From the IMG/VR virus record IMGVR_UViG_3300008267_007212: a DNA stretch of 64,000 bases, one strand, 5' to 3'. Origin of the DNA: a virus. Below the pieces are notes generated by a model. That model made no database searches, was not told the DNA's origin, and was given only the letters and a program-made list of their open reading frames with translations. Below are positions 56,372 through 64,000 of the stretch, piece after piece (positions within the stretch are counted from its first letter, which is position 1; each line of letters begins with the position of its first letter). The translations under genes and the position numbers were made by a program.

Positions 56372-56379
56372 TGTAAATA
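56372..56379 (+). promoter_or_regulatory. Late promoter-like TGTAAATA
   Basis: TAAATA motif upstream of the ATG at 56423, with an AAGGA RBS. Confidence 0.55.
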
Positions 56380-56422
56380 ACTATACAGAATTCACAAACA
56401 TATTTTTAAAAGGAACACAAAT

Positions 56423-57412
56423 ATGTCAAAATATGAGCAACTAATTGAATACATTATTAACGAGCAAGAAGATAAAGCTCGCGAACTTTTCCACCAAATT
56501 GTGGTTGAAAAATCGCGTGATATCTACGAGTCGTTAATCGACGAGCAGGATCTTGAAGAAGTCGGTGGAAATGAAGTCGAATCTATGGTAGACGAAATCA
56601 CTGGTGACGAAGAAGGAATGCAAGAAGCCGAAGACGACATGGGCGATGACGAAGAAGACATGGGCGGTGACGATGACATGGGAGATGACGAAGAAGACAT
56701 GGACATGGACATGGACGCTGGCGATGACATGGACGCTGGCGATGACATGGGTATGGACGGCGGTGACGACATGGAAAATCGTGTCATGGACCTTGAAGAT
56801 GCGTTAGATGAACTTAAAGCAGAATTTGATGCTTTAATGGGTGGCGGTGACGACATGGGCATGGACGACGGTATGGGCATGGGTGACGATGAAGGCGACG
56901 AAGATATGGGTGAAAATCTTATTGTAGTCCCTACAGGTAAACCAACTCCTGAAGGCATGGGAGAATATGAAGAATCAGTCTATGAAGCTAAAAAAGATAA
57001 AAAAGAAGAAATGCTTAAAGACAAAGATAAAAAAGCCAAAAAGATGACTGAAGCTGAATGGATCCGCGAATACGTGGAAAAAATCGGTGAGCCATTCCCA
57101 GGAAAAAATACAGAAACAGGTGAAGTTGGTGCAGGTGGCACAGCCAGTTTGAACACTAAATCTATTGTTGCTGGTAAAAACGATATGGGTGGCACTGCTT
57201 CTAATATCGCTAAAGGTGGCGCAGAGTCTGATCCAAGCGGAACACCAAATAAAAAGCCCAGCGGTCTTTTAAAAGGCGGTTCTGACTTAATTGGTAAAGT
57301 ACAAAACAGTCCAGGTGCTAATGCTGGTAAAACAGCTTATAAGAGTAAAGCTCCTGCTGCATCTAAGGCAGAAGCAGGTGGAACTAACGACAAAAGTCCG
57401 TTAGCTAAGTAA
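56423..57412 (+). CDS. Acidic prohead core/scaffold-like protein
   Basis: ARELFHQIVVEKSR.IYE N-terminus and a long D/E/M/G low-complexity tract. Occupies the position of T4 gp67/gp68. Confidence 0.65.
   Translation: MSKYEQLIEYIINEQEDKARELFHQIVVEKSRDIYESLIDEQDLEEVGGNEVESMVDEITGDEEGMQEAEDDMGDDEEDMGGDDDMGDDEEDMDMDMDAGDDMDAGDDMGMDGGDDMENRVMDLEDALDELKAEFDALMGGGDDMGMDDGMGMGDDEGDEDMGENLIVVPTGKPTPEGMGEYEESVYEAKKDKKEEMLKDKDKKAKKMTEAEWIREYVEKIGEPFPGKNTETGEVGAGGTASLNTKSIVAGKNDMGGTASNIAKGGAESDPSGTPNKKPSGLLKGGSDLIGKVQNSPGANAGKTAYKSKAPAASKAEAGGTNDKSPLAK
56630..56910 (+). repeat. Coding minisatellite built on GACATG(G) units
   Basis: Tandem GACATG x3 at 56696-56713, the 18-nt unit GACATGGACGCTGGCGAT x2 at 56708-56743, and two near-identical GACATGGGxGATGACGAAGAAGACATGG copies. 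Confidence 0.8.
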
Positions 57413-57422
57413 GGCAAATATT

Positions 57423-58061
57423 GTGCGCGGATTAATAAGAGAACACTTATCGTTTGACAATGCTAGAATGGAAGTTCTAGCAGAAGCTAGTGCTGATGGC
57501 CAAGGTAAGAATCTCTACATGAAAGGTATATTCGTTCAAGGCGGTGTTAAAAACGCTAATCAACGAGTATACCCTGTACAAGAAATATCGCAAGCAGTAG
57601 ATTCTGTCAATAAACAACTTAAGGAAGGTTATAGCGTTTTAGGCGAACTAGACCATCCTGATGATTTAAAAATTAACTTAGACCGTGTGTGCCATATGAT
57701 CACAGAAATGTGGATGGATGGTCCAAATGGTTTTGGTAAATTAAAGATTCTTCCAACTCCAATGGGTAAACTGGTGGAAGCCATGTTAACCTCAGGGGTG
57801 AAGTTAGGAGTGTCCAGCAGAGGTAGCGGCAACGTTAACGAAAGCTCGGGCCATGTTAGTGACTTTGAAATAGTCACAGTTGATATAGTTGCACAACCTA
57901 GTGCTCCTAATGCATATCCAAAAGCTGTTTACGAAGGGCTTATGAATATGCGCCATGGACACAAAGTTCTCGAAATGGCAAAAGATGCCGGTGCAAATCA
58001 AAAAGTCCAGAAGTATTTTCAAGAGGAAGTAAAACGCCTCATAAAAGACTTAAAAATATAA
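57423..58061 (+). CDS. gp21: Prohead protease, T4 gp21-like
   Basis: GIFVQG..KNANQRVYP, LGELDHP, GVSSRGSG and DIVAQPSAPNAYP motifs. GTG start. Confidence 0.95.
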   Translation: MRGLIREHLSFDNARMEVLAEASADGQGKNLYMKGIFVQGGVKNANQRVYPVQEISQAVDSVNKQLKEGYSVLGELDHPDDLKINLDRVCHMITEMWMDGPNGFGKLKILPTPMGKLVEAMLTSGVKLGVSSRGSGNVNESSGHVSDFEIVTVDIVAQPSAPNAYPKAVYEGLMNMRHGHKVLEMAKDAGANQKVQKYFQEEVKRLIKDLKI

Positions 58062-58075
58062 AAGGAAAATGATCC

Positions 58076-59176
58076 ATGTTTGATGCTATCAAGCCATTAA
58101 TCGACAGTGGTATCATTAACGAAGACACCAAGCAAGCTATCAGCGAAGCTTGGGAAACTAAGTTAAATGAAGCACGTGAACAACTTCGCGCAGAAATTCG
58201 TGAAGAGTTTGCCAACCGCTATGAACACGACAAAGGTGTAATGGTCGAAGCTCTAGACAAAATGGTCACAGAAAGTCTACAGTCAGAAATTCGAGAGTTT
58301 GCAGAAGAAAAAGAGCAACTAGCTGCTGATCGTGTACGTTTCAACAAACGTATGCAAGAAAGTGCTGGAAAATTTGATCAATTCCTAGTTGGAAAACTAG
58401 CAGAAGAAATCAAAGAATTGCGTAGTGATCGCAAAGTTCAAAAAGAAAGCGTAAGCCGTCTAGAGAAATTTGTTATCCGTGCTCTTGCTGAAGAAATTCA
58501 AGAATTTGCTAAAGATAAACAAGATGTAGTTGAAACAAAAGTTAAATTAGTTCGTGAAGCAAAAACCAAGCTTGACCAATTACAGAAATCTTTTGTTACA
58601 AAATCTGCTGCTCTTGTAAAAGAATCTGTGGCTAACAAGCTAGAGTCAGAATTGACTCAACTAAAAGAAGACATCCAAACTGCTCGCGAGAACAATTTTG
58701 GTCGTCGACTATTCGAAGCTTTTGCCAGCGAATTTGCGATTACTCATTTAAATGAGAATCAACAAATCGCTAAACTATCAAAAGCATTAGAACAAAAAGA
58801 AGCAATGATTGCAGAAGCTAAAAAGTCTGCTGCTGAAAAATCTGCTTTAGTTGAATCAAAAGACCGTGAAATCCGTATCATTAAAGAATCTCAAGAACGT
58901 CAACAAGTAATGAGTGACTTAATGAAACCATTGAATAAAGAGAAGCAGGCTGTAATGAGCCAACTTCTTGAAACAGTGCAGACTAACAAATTGCAATCTG
59001 CATATGAAAAGTATCTACCCGCAGTTCTAAATAATTCTGTTGCACCAAAAGCTGAAAAAGCTCAAGTGTTAGCTGAATCCAGAGTAGAAGTGACAGGAGA
59101 TAAATCTGCTAAGGTCGCCGTTGAATTTGATCATAATAATGTGATCGAAATTAAACGTTTAGCAGGGCTTAAGTAA
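58076..59176 (+). CDS. gp22: Prohead scaffolding protein, gp22-like
   Basis: Glu/Lys-rich coiled coil between the protease and the major capsid gene. FGRRLFEAF and C-terminal IKRLAGL motifs. Confidence 0.8.
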   Translation: MFDAIKPLIDSGIINEDTKQAISEAWETKLNEAREQLRAEIREEFANRYEHDKGVMVEALDKMVTESLQSEIREFAEEKEQLAADRVRFNKRMQESAGKFDQFLVGKLAEEIKELRSDRKVQKESVSRLEKFVIRALAEEIQEFAKDKQDVVETKVKLVREAKTKLDQLQKSFVTKSAALVKESVANKLESELTQLKEDIQTARENNFGRRLFEAFASEFAITHLNENQQIAKLSKALEQKEAMIAEAKKSAAEKSALVESKDREIRIIKESQERQQVMSDLMKPLNKEKQAVMSQLLETVQTNKLQSAYEKYLPAVLNNSVAPKAEKAQVLAESRVEVTGDKSAKVAVEFDHNNVIEIKRLAGLK

Positions 59177-59199
59177 ACCCTAATAAGGAAAGAAAAAAA

Positions 59200-60384
59200 A
59201 TGACACAAGCACTATTAGAAGGCCGTTGGGGCGAAACAAAAGACGCCCTGCTAGAAGGTCTTAACGGTTCACGTAGAACCACTATGGGCGTTATCTTAGA
59301 AAACACCCGTAAGCACTTAGCTGAAGCTGCAACAGCTGGAGCAACAAGCGCAGGTAACGTAGCTACACTTAACCGTGTTATTCTACCAGTTATTCGTCGT
59401 GTAATGCCTACAGTTATTGCTAACGAAATCGTTGGTGTTCAACCAATGACTGGACCTGTTGCACAGATCCACACATTACGTGTTCGTTATGCTGAAACAA
59501 CCAATGTAACTGCACCAAGTCCATTTGACACAGGTACAACAGCAGGTGATGAAGCACTAAGTCCATTCAAGATTGCTACAGCATATTCTGGTTCTTTGAC
59601 AACCGGTCGTGCTACTAGCACATCTTCGTTAGAAGGTCAACCAGGCCGTAAGATCAACGTACAGATCTTAAAACAAGTTGTTGAAGCCAAAACTCGTAAG
59701 TTAAGCGCTCGCTGGACATTCGAGGCTGCACAAGATGCACAATCTATGCATGGCCTAGACATTGAAGCAGAAATCATGGCTGCTCTAGCACAAGAAATTA
59801 CAGTTGAGATCGACCAAGAAGTTCTTGGTTCTCTACGTGCTCTTTCTGCTACAGACTTCGCTTATGACCAAGCTGCTGTTTCTGGTACTGCTACATTCGT
59901 TGGTGACGAACACGCTGCTTTGGCTGTTCTTATCAATCGTGCAGCTAACTTGATCGCTCAGCGTACACGTCGTGGTGCTGGTAATTGGGCTGTTGTAAGT
60001 CCAGCTGCATTGACTGTTCTACAGTCTGCAACAACCAGTGCTTTCGCTCGTACAACAGAAGGTACATTTGAAGCTCCAACAAATACAAAGTTTGTTGGTA
60101 CACTAAACGGAGCAATGCGTATTTACGTAGACAGCTATGCTAGCGATAGCACAGCCGTTCTAGTTGGATACAAAGGTTCTTCAGAGGCTGATGCCGCAGC
60201 ATTCTACTGCCCATACATTCCTCTAATGAGCTCTGGCGTTGTTCTAGATCCAACAACATTCGAACCAGTCGTAGGCTTTATGACTCGTTACGGATATGTT
60301 GAGTTAACAAACACAGCATCGTCTCTAGGCAATGCTGGTGATTACCTAAGCGAAATTAGCGTAGCTAACCTATCGTTTCAGTAA
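59200..60384 (+). CDS. gp23: Major capsid protein, T4 gp23-like
   Basis: LPVIRRVMP..IANEIVGVQPMTGP, AKTRKL.A.WT.EAAQD, TRRGAGN, FYCPYIPL and FMTRYG motifs. Confidence 0.97.
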   Translation: MTQALLEGRWGETKDALLEGLNGSRRTTMGVILENTRKHLAEAATAGATSAGNVATLNRVILPVIRRVMPTVIANEIVGVQPMTGPVAQIHTLRVRYAETTNVTAPSPFDTGTTAGDEALSPFKIATAYSGSLTTGRATSTSSLEGQPGRKINVQILKQVVEAKTRKLSARWTFEAAQDAQSMHGLDIEAEIMAALAQEITVEIDQEVLGSLRALSATDFAYDQAAVSGTATFVGDEHAALAVLINRAANLIAQRTRRGAGNWAVVSPAALTVLQSATTSAFARTTEGTFEAPTNTKFVGTLNGAMRIYVDSYASDSTAVLVGYKGSSEADAAAFYCPYIPLMSSGVVLDPTTFEPVVGFMTRYGYVELTNTASSLGNAGDYLSEISVANLSFQ

Positions 60385-60418
60385 TCAAGAGTTTACTTAC
60401 CACTCGGGATGGGAAGTC

Positions 60419-60444
60419 AAAAAAGGGCCGCAAGGTCCTTTTTT
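60419..60444 (+). terminator. Rho-independent terminator after the major capsid gene
   Basis: AAAAAAGGGCC-GCAA-GGTCCTTTTTT: GNRA-capped stem with a U-tract. Confidence 0.88.
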
Positions 60445-60455
60445 GTTGAGTATAC

Positions 60456-60463
60456 GATAAATA
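60456..60463 (+). promoter_or_regulatory. Late promoter-like GATAAATA for the HNH gene
   Basis: TAAATA motif just downstream of the terminator and upstream of the structured leader. Confidence 0.55.
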
Positions 60464-60480
60464 TAATTATAAAATAAAAA

Positions 60481-60538
60481 TGCTGATCGCGATACTGGTA
60501 ATATCCATCAGCTCTATAACTAGTAAGGAGTTACAGCA
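60481..60538 (+). promoter_or_regulatory. Structured 5' leader sequestering the HNH ribosome-binding site
   Basis: GCTGAT/ATCAGC hairpin at 60482-60512. TAACT/AGTTA hairpin at 60517-60533 overlaps AAGGAG. TGCTG/CAGCA could close the whole leader next to the ATG. Confidence 0.6.
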
Positions 60539-61186
60539 ATGTTATTTATTGATAACAAATACTATAACTGGTATTGTAAAATTATCTCTAATGCAAGACT
60601 TCGTAGTCTATCGACAGTAAAATACACTGAACGACATCACATAATACCTAGAAGTTTTGGCGGTAATAATAAAAAAGAAAATATTGTTAAATTAACTGCC
60701 AGGGAGCATTTTATATGTCATTGGCTTTTAATCAAATGCACCACTGGTGATCTTAGAAATAAAATGATACAAGCATTGCATATAATGCAATGCAAAAATT
60801 CCATTCAATCTCGGTATTCTTCTAAAATTACATCAAAAGTATATTCTTTAATTAGGGAAGAATATGCTAACATAGTTAGTAAAAATATGAAAGGGAAGAC
60901 AGGCAGATTACCATGGAATAAAGGCAAACAAATTGGTCCTCACTCGGCTGAATCTAATAGATTAAAATCAGAAGCACTTAAAAATAAATTTACTGGAAGT
61001 AAGAATCCAGCAGCTAAAACATATATATTCGAAGATCCATACGGAAAAGAGTATATTGTTACCGGAAGATTTAAATATTTTTGTTTAGAGCATCAGTTGA
61101 GTTTCGATACTATGCGTAGAGCATTGAATAACAAAAAGAAAACATATCACGGCTGGTTAGTCAAATATTTCAATTCTGATAAATAA
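60539..61186 (+). CDS. Free-standing HNH homing endonuclease with NUMOD3-like segment
   Basis: ERHHIIPRSFGGNNKKENIVKLTAREHFICHWLL, and PWNKGK..HSAES..K.SEA. Inserted between structural genes. Confidence 0.88.
   Translation: MLFIDNKYYNWYCKIISNARLRSLSTVKYTERHHIIPRSFGGNNKKENIVKLTAREHFICHWLLIKCTTGDLRNKMIQALHIMQCKNSIQSRYSSKITSKVYSLIREEYANIVSKNMKGKTGRLPWNKGKQIGPHSAESNRLKSEALKNKFTGSKNPAAKTYIFEDPYGKEYIVTGRFKYFCLEHQLSFDTMRRALNNKKKTYHGWLVKYFNSDK
61178..61185 (+). promoter_or_regulatory. Late promoter-like GATAAATA
   Basis: Overlaps the HNH stop codon, upstream of the ATG at 61262. Confidence 0.55.
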
Positions 61187-61261
61187 ATGTAGTTTTTAAA
61201 AACTTCCTAGGAGTTGCCACTTCGAGGTAGCTTAGAACGCTAACATAAAGGAATAAATGAA

Positions 61262-62011
61262 ATGGCAAAATTAAAAATACAACACACAAGAACAGGAGCA
61301 GCAGGTTATGAAGCTGGTGCTAGCATCGTTACAGACAGTTATGTAAGTCCAACTCAGATCAATGGAACCAATATTGGTGGTACCGGCGGTGACTTAGATC
61401 AAACAGTACCAACTATCCGTTGCAGTTTCTTAAGAGACACCGGCGGCGCAGTTGATACAGGTTATATTATCTTCCAAAAAGGAATGCGTAAGTTTGAAGT
61501 TAATAACTCTTCAGAAGCAAATACAACTGTTGCTTCGTTGGTAAATGCTATTGCAAGTGAATTGACCACTGCAAACACAATGACTATATTGGCAAATGTG
61601 GCAACTGTACTTGGTGCTAACACTGCTAATATTGGAACAGGTGGTGGTGGATATACTGATAATAGAGCATATGCTTATGTAACATGGACAGCAGCTAACG
61701 TATCTGGTTATACTACCCCGAGCACAGAACATCAACTTTCTGGTACAGGATTAACTGGAAATGTCACTATTGTTGCTGTAAACAGTGCAACTAACGTCAC
61801 TGTTAGCTGTGCAACACAGACAGTAAGTGCAGCTCAAGGCACAGTAACAGAACAATTCAACGTTTCAAGAATCAGCAATAAATTTGTTTGGGAATGGGAC
61901 AATACAAAATGGCGTTACTACTTAGGTACTCCATATTCTGATGGTGTAACAGTATTAGGTTCTCAACCTGCATGGCAAGCAGTGACGCTTGTTCGCGTAG
62001 ACAATGCTTGA
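61262..62011 (+). CDS. Virion structural protein (possible capsid decoration)
   Basis: Thr/Ala/Gly-rich with GYIIFQKG.RKF.V motif. Strong RBS and its own terminator. Follows the major capsid gene. Confidence 0.6.
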   Translation: MAKLKIQHTRTGAAGYEAGASIVTDSYVSPTQINGTNIGGTGGDLDQTVPTIRCSFLRDTGGAVDTGYIIFQKGMRKFEVNNSSEANTTVASLVNAIASELTTANTMTILANVATVLGANTANIGTGGGGYTDNRAYAYVTWTAANVSGYTTPSTEHQLSGTGLTGNVTIVAVNSATNVTVSCATQTVSAAQGTVTEQFNVSRISNKFVWEWDNTKWRYYLGTPYSDGVTVLGSQPAWQAVTLVRVDNA

Positions 62012-62028
62012 TTAATTTAAGTTAATCC

Positions 62029-62061
62029 AAAAATAGGCTGTTTATCAGCCTATTTTTTTTT
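62029..62061 (+). terminator. Rho-independent terminator
   Basis: AAAAATAGGCTG-tttat-CAGCCTATTTTTTTTT. Confidence 0.88.
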
Positions 62062-62089
62062 CTTTGAAAAAGAGTTAATTGTTATTTTG

Positions 62090-62097
62090 AATAAATA
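62090..62097 (+). promoter_or_regulatory. Late promoter-like AATAAATA
   Basis: TAAATA motif 18 nt upstream of the ATG at 62116. Confidence 0.55.
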
Positions 62098-62115
62098 CTC
62101 TAAACGAGAGTCTCT

Positions 62116-62643
62116 ATGGGCGCAAGCAAAAGAATTAATACTGGTAATTATACTATAACAACATTTCCCAATGATGGTAATCCTTTGGGAAATGTTGATA
62201 TTACTACCAACACATTGATGGTATATGGTAATCTCAGAGTTACCGGAACTACTACCAATGTTCAAGCATACGATACTACACTTTCTATTTTTAGATTAAA
62301 TGCAAATTTAACTGTAGCAAATGCACCAGCACCTGGATTTAGCGGAATTGAAAATAACAGAGGCAGTCAACCCAGCGTTGGTTTATATTGGGACGAAGAT
62401 GGAACCTTTCAAGGACAATGGATAGCCAATAATGCTCTAGGAAATGCTGGCCCAATATTGACCAGTTATAATGTAAAAATTGATCAAACTACAAATAGTC
62501 CTACTGGAAATGTTGGGTACACAGTGGTCAGTGCTAATACAGCGGGCACTGGTGGTAGTGGATTATTTGTTAATGCTGGAACTAATTCGGCTGAATTAGT
62601 TACAACTTTGGGCGCAAAAAAATACGCAATAATTTTTGGATAA
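62116..62643 (+). CDS. Virion structural protein (fibre-like)
   Basis: GNLRVTGTTT, SGIE.NRG and LYWDE motifs, plus C-terminal ELVT...A..YAIIFG. Confidence 0.6.
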   Translation: MGASKRINTGNYTITTFPNDGNPLGNVDITTNTLMVYGNLRVTGTTTNVQAYDTTLSIFRLNANLTVANAPAPGFSGIENNRGSQPSVGLYWDEDGTFQGQWIANNALGNAGPILTSYNVKIDQTTNSPTGNVGYTVVSANTAGTGGSGLFVNAGTNSAELVTTLGAKKYAIIFG

Positions 62644-62646
62644 ACT

Positions 62647-62958
62647 ATGTCTTTACAAAGTACTTTATTAACTACATCACCAGGAGCAGTGTTTACCAGT
62701 ACTGGTAACACAGCCGCGATGACCATGTATTTTACAAACTATTCTTCAAGTAATGTAGCTGCTTTTAGCCTATGGGCAGTAAAAAGCGGTGATGTGCCTG
62801 AAAATAAAAATATTTTATATGTTAATGTAACTGTTCAACCTGGGGATACATATTTGGCTAGTACAGAAAGGTTGTTATTAGATAATAATGATGAACTTTA
62901 TGCTAATACCACAGCAAACAGTACCATGTCAACGACTTTAACTTATACAAACATATAA
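62647..62958 (+). CDS. Small beta-rich virion protein
   Basis: 103 aa with ERLLL.N.D motif. Coupled to the upstream gene. Confidence 0.6.
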   Translation: MSLQSTLLTTSPGAVFTSTGNTAAMTMYFTNYSSSNVAAFSLWAVKSGDVPENKNILYVNVTVQPGDTYLASTERLLLDNNDELYANTTANSTMSTTLTYTNI

Positions 62959-62971
62959 AAGATTTAAGACC

Positions 62972-64000
62972 ATGGGACAATTAATTAAGAATACCGAGTT
63001 AGATGTTAACACAATAAATGCAGCGGTGTTGACTGCAAATAATAGTCCCGTATTGACTGTGGCTAACAGTACTTTTGACAATGTAATTTATGTAGCAAAA
63101 AACGGAAATGATTCTAATGACGGTAGAAGTTTAGCCACACCAAAACTTACTATTGCTGGAGCTATGGCCATAGCTACATCAGGTACTGCGGTTAAAGTTG
63201 CTAGCGGATCTTATACTGAAGCTATGCCTTTTATAATTCCTGCTAATGTCGCATTATTGGGCGACGATCTTCGTAGTGTATTTGTTCAACCGGCTGGTGG
63301 AACAGGTGACATGTTCTATATGAAAGGCGGCAGTTACGTTTGGGGTATCACTGTTAGAAACTATACAGGAAAAGCATTTAGCTTCCCTCCTGATTTATCA
63401 GCAGGAGAAATTTTTGTAAGCCCCTACATTCAAAATGTAACAAGTTTTACAACTACCGGTACTACAGTATATATCGACGGAGACTTAGTGCCTGGAACAA
63501 ATTCTACTAGAGCATTTATTTTAGGATTTATTACCAATATTAACCGCGGTGGATACGGACTAGTAATGGTGAACAGATCCTACAGTCAAGCAGTTAACGT
63601 TTATACCATTGCCTGCGAAACTGGAATTTGGGTGCAATCGGGCAGTTTCTTAACATTGAACGGCAGCGATTGTGGAATCGGTAATGTTGGATTAAAGGCA
63701 GAAGGTTTTAGTTCTCAGTTTACTGGTAATGTATTAGGTAATATTCAAGTAGGGGAAACTTCTTGCAACATTGCTTTTGTGTCAAATCCTCCAAGAACAA
63801 ATAATGGGTTGTTATTCGATGGCGATCCCAATATGTATTTTATTACCACATTTAGTAACATTACTGCTATAGTTGGAAATACTTATGGTAATGTATGGAA
63901 TGTGAATATTTCGGCTAGATTTAGCACCAATACCGGAAATGTTATTTCAGATGGTACTGGAGTAGATGGATATCAAGTAAGCACTATCAGCGCCAGTGCT
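62972..64000 (+). CDS. Tailspike/fibre with pectin-lyase-like beta-helix (partial; runs off the window end)
   Basis: Translated by hand: MGQLIKNTELD...IYVAKNGNDSNDGRSLATPKLTIAGAM...VKVASGSYTE...LLGDDLRSVFVQP. I checked the start and end of the frame, not every codon. Confidence 0.75.
   Translation, partial: MGQLIKNTELDVNTINAAVLTANNSPVLTVANSTFDNVIYVAKNGNDSNDGRSLATPKLTIAGAMAIATSGTAVKVASGSYTEAMPFIIPANVALLGDDLRSVFVQPAGGTGDMFYMKGGSYVWGITVRNYTGKAFSFPPDLSAGEIFVSPYIQNVTSFTTTGTTVYIDGDLVPGTNSTRAFILGFITNINRGGYGLVMVNRSYSQAVNVYTIACETGIWVQSGSFLTLNGSDCGIGNVGLKAEGFSSQFTGNVLGNIQVGETSCNIAFVSNPPRTNNGLLFDGDPNMYFITTFSNITAIVGNTYGNVWNVNISARFSTNTGNVISDGTGVDGYQVSTISASA

Noticed and set aside
56630-56910. CRISPR-like or TIGR-like repeat array
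   Set aside because: The repeats are in-frame coding minisatellites with no unique spacers of constant length.
55760-57195. Antisense ORFs 55760-56053, 56524-56958 and 56980-57195, and alternative-frame ORF 56604-56807
   Set aside because: By-products of low-complexity codon repeats in the portal tail and the acidic core protein.
1-64000. Stop-codon reassignment
   Set aside because: Core genes are full length in the standard code, and TAA, TGA and TAG all end genes at sensible boundaries (for example TAG at gp55).

Overview
AT-rich, gene-dense segment of a large (jumbo-type) T4-superfamily-like myophage genome. It reads in the standard genetic code, and I saw no tRNA, rRNA or CRISPR array. 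There are four strand blocks. (1) 22-16344 (-): a ~16 kb, tightly overlapping accessory operon with seven paralogous radical SAM enzymes (N-terminal Cys-rich SPASM/twitch-like module), three GT-A-like glycosyltransferases, an SGNH-like hydrolase, a NodU/CmcH carbamoyltransferase and an unannotated 33-aa peptide. It is headed by a consensus sigma70 promoter whose -10 box sits inside a 12-bp inverted repeat. (2) 16403-43855 (-): tail fibre and baseplate genes, including a 4673-aa mosaic protein and gp6-, gp25- and gp5-like genes. (3) 43967-50711 (+): late sigma factor gp55 and gp47/gp46 (Mre11/Rad50), interleaved with two paralogous orphans, followed by an eighth radical SAM and a compact GIY-YIG nuclease. 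Directly after this block is ~430 nt of densely structured, pseudoknot-capable intergenic sequence. (4) 51139-64000: baseplate hub genes (-), then (+) a tape-measure-like gene, portal, scaffold, protease, major capsid, an HNH endonuclease with a structured leader, and further virion genes. A TAAATA late-promoter motif precedes most structural genes. The best candidates for an undescribed system are the GIY-YIG plus large structured RNA locus and the radical SAM/glycosyltransferase/carbamoyltransferase modification operon. All calls come from reading motifs and synteny; no searches or folding programs were run.
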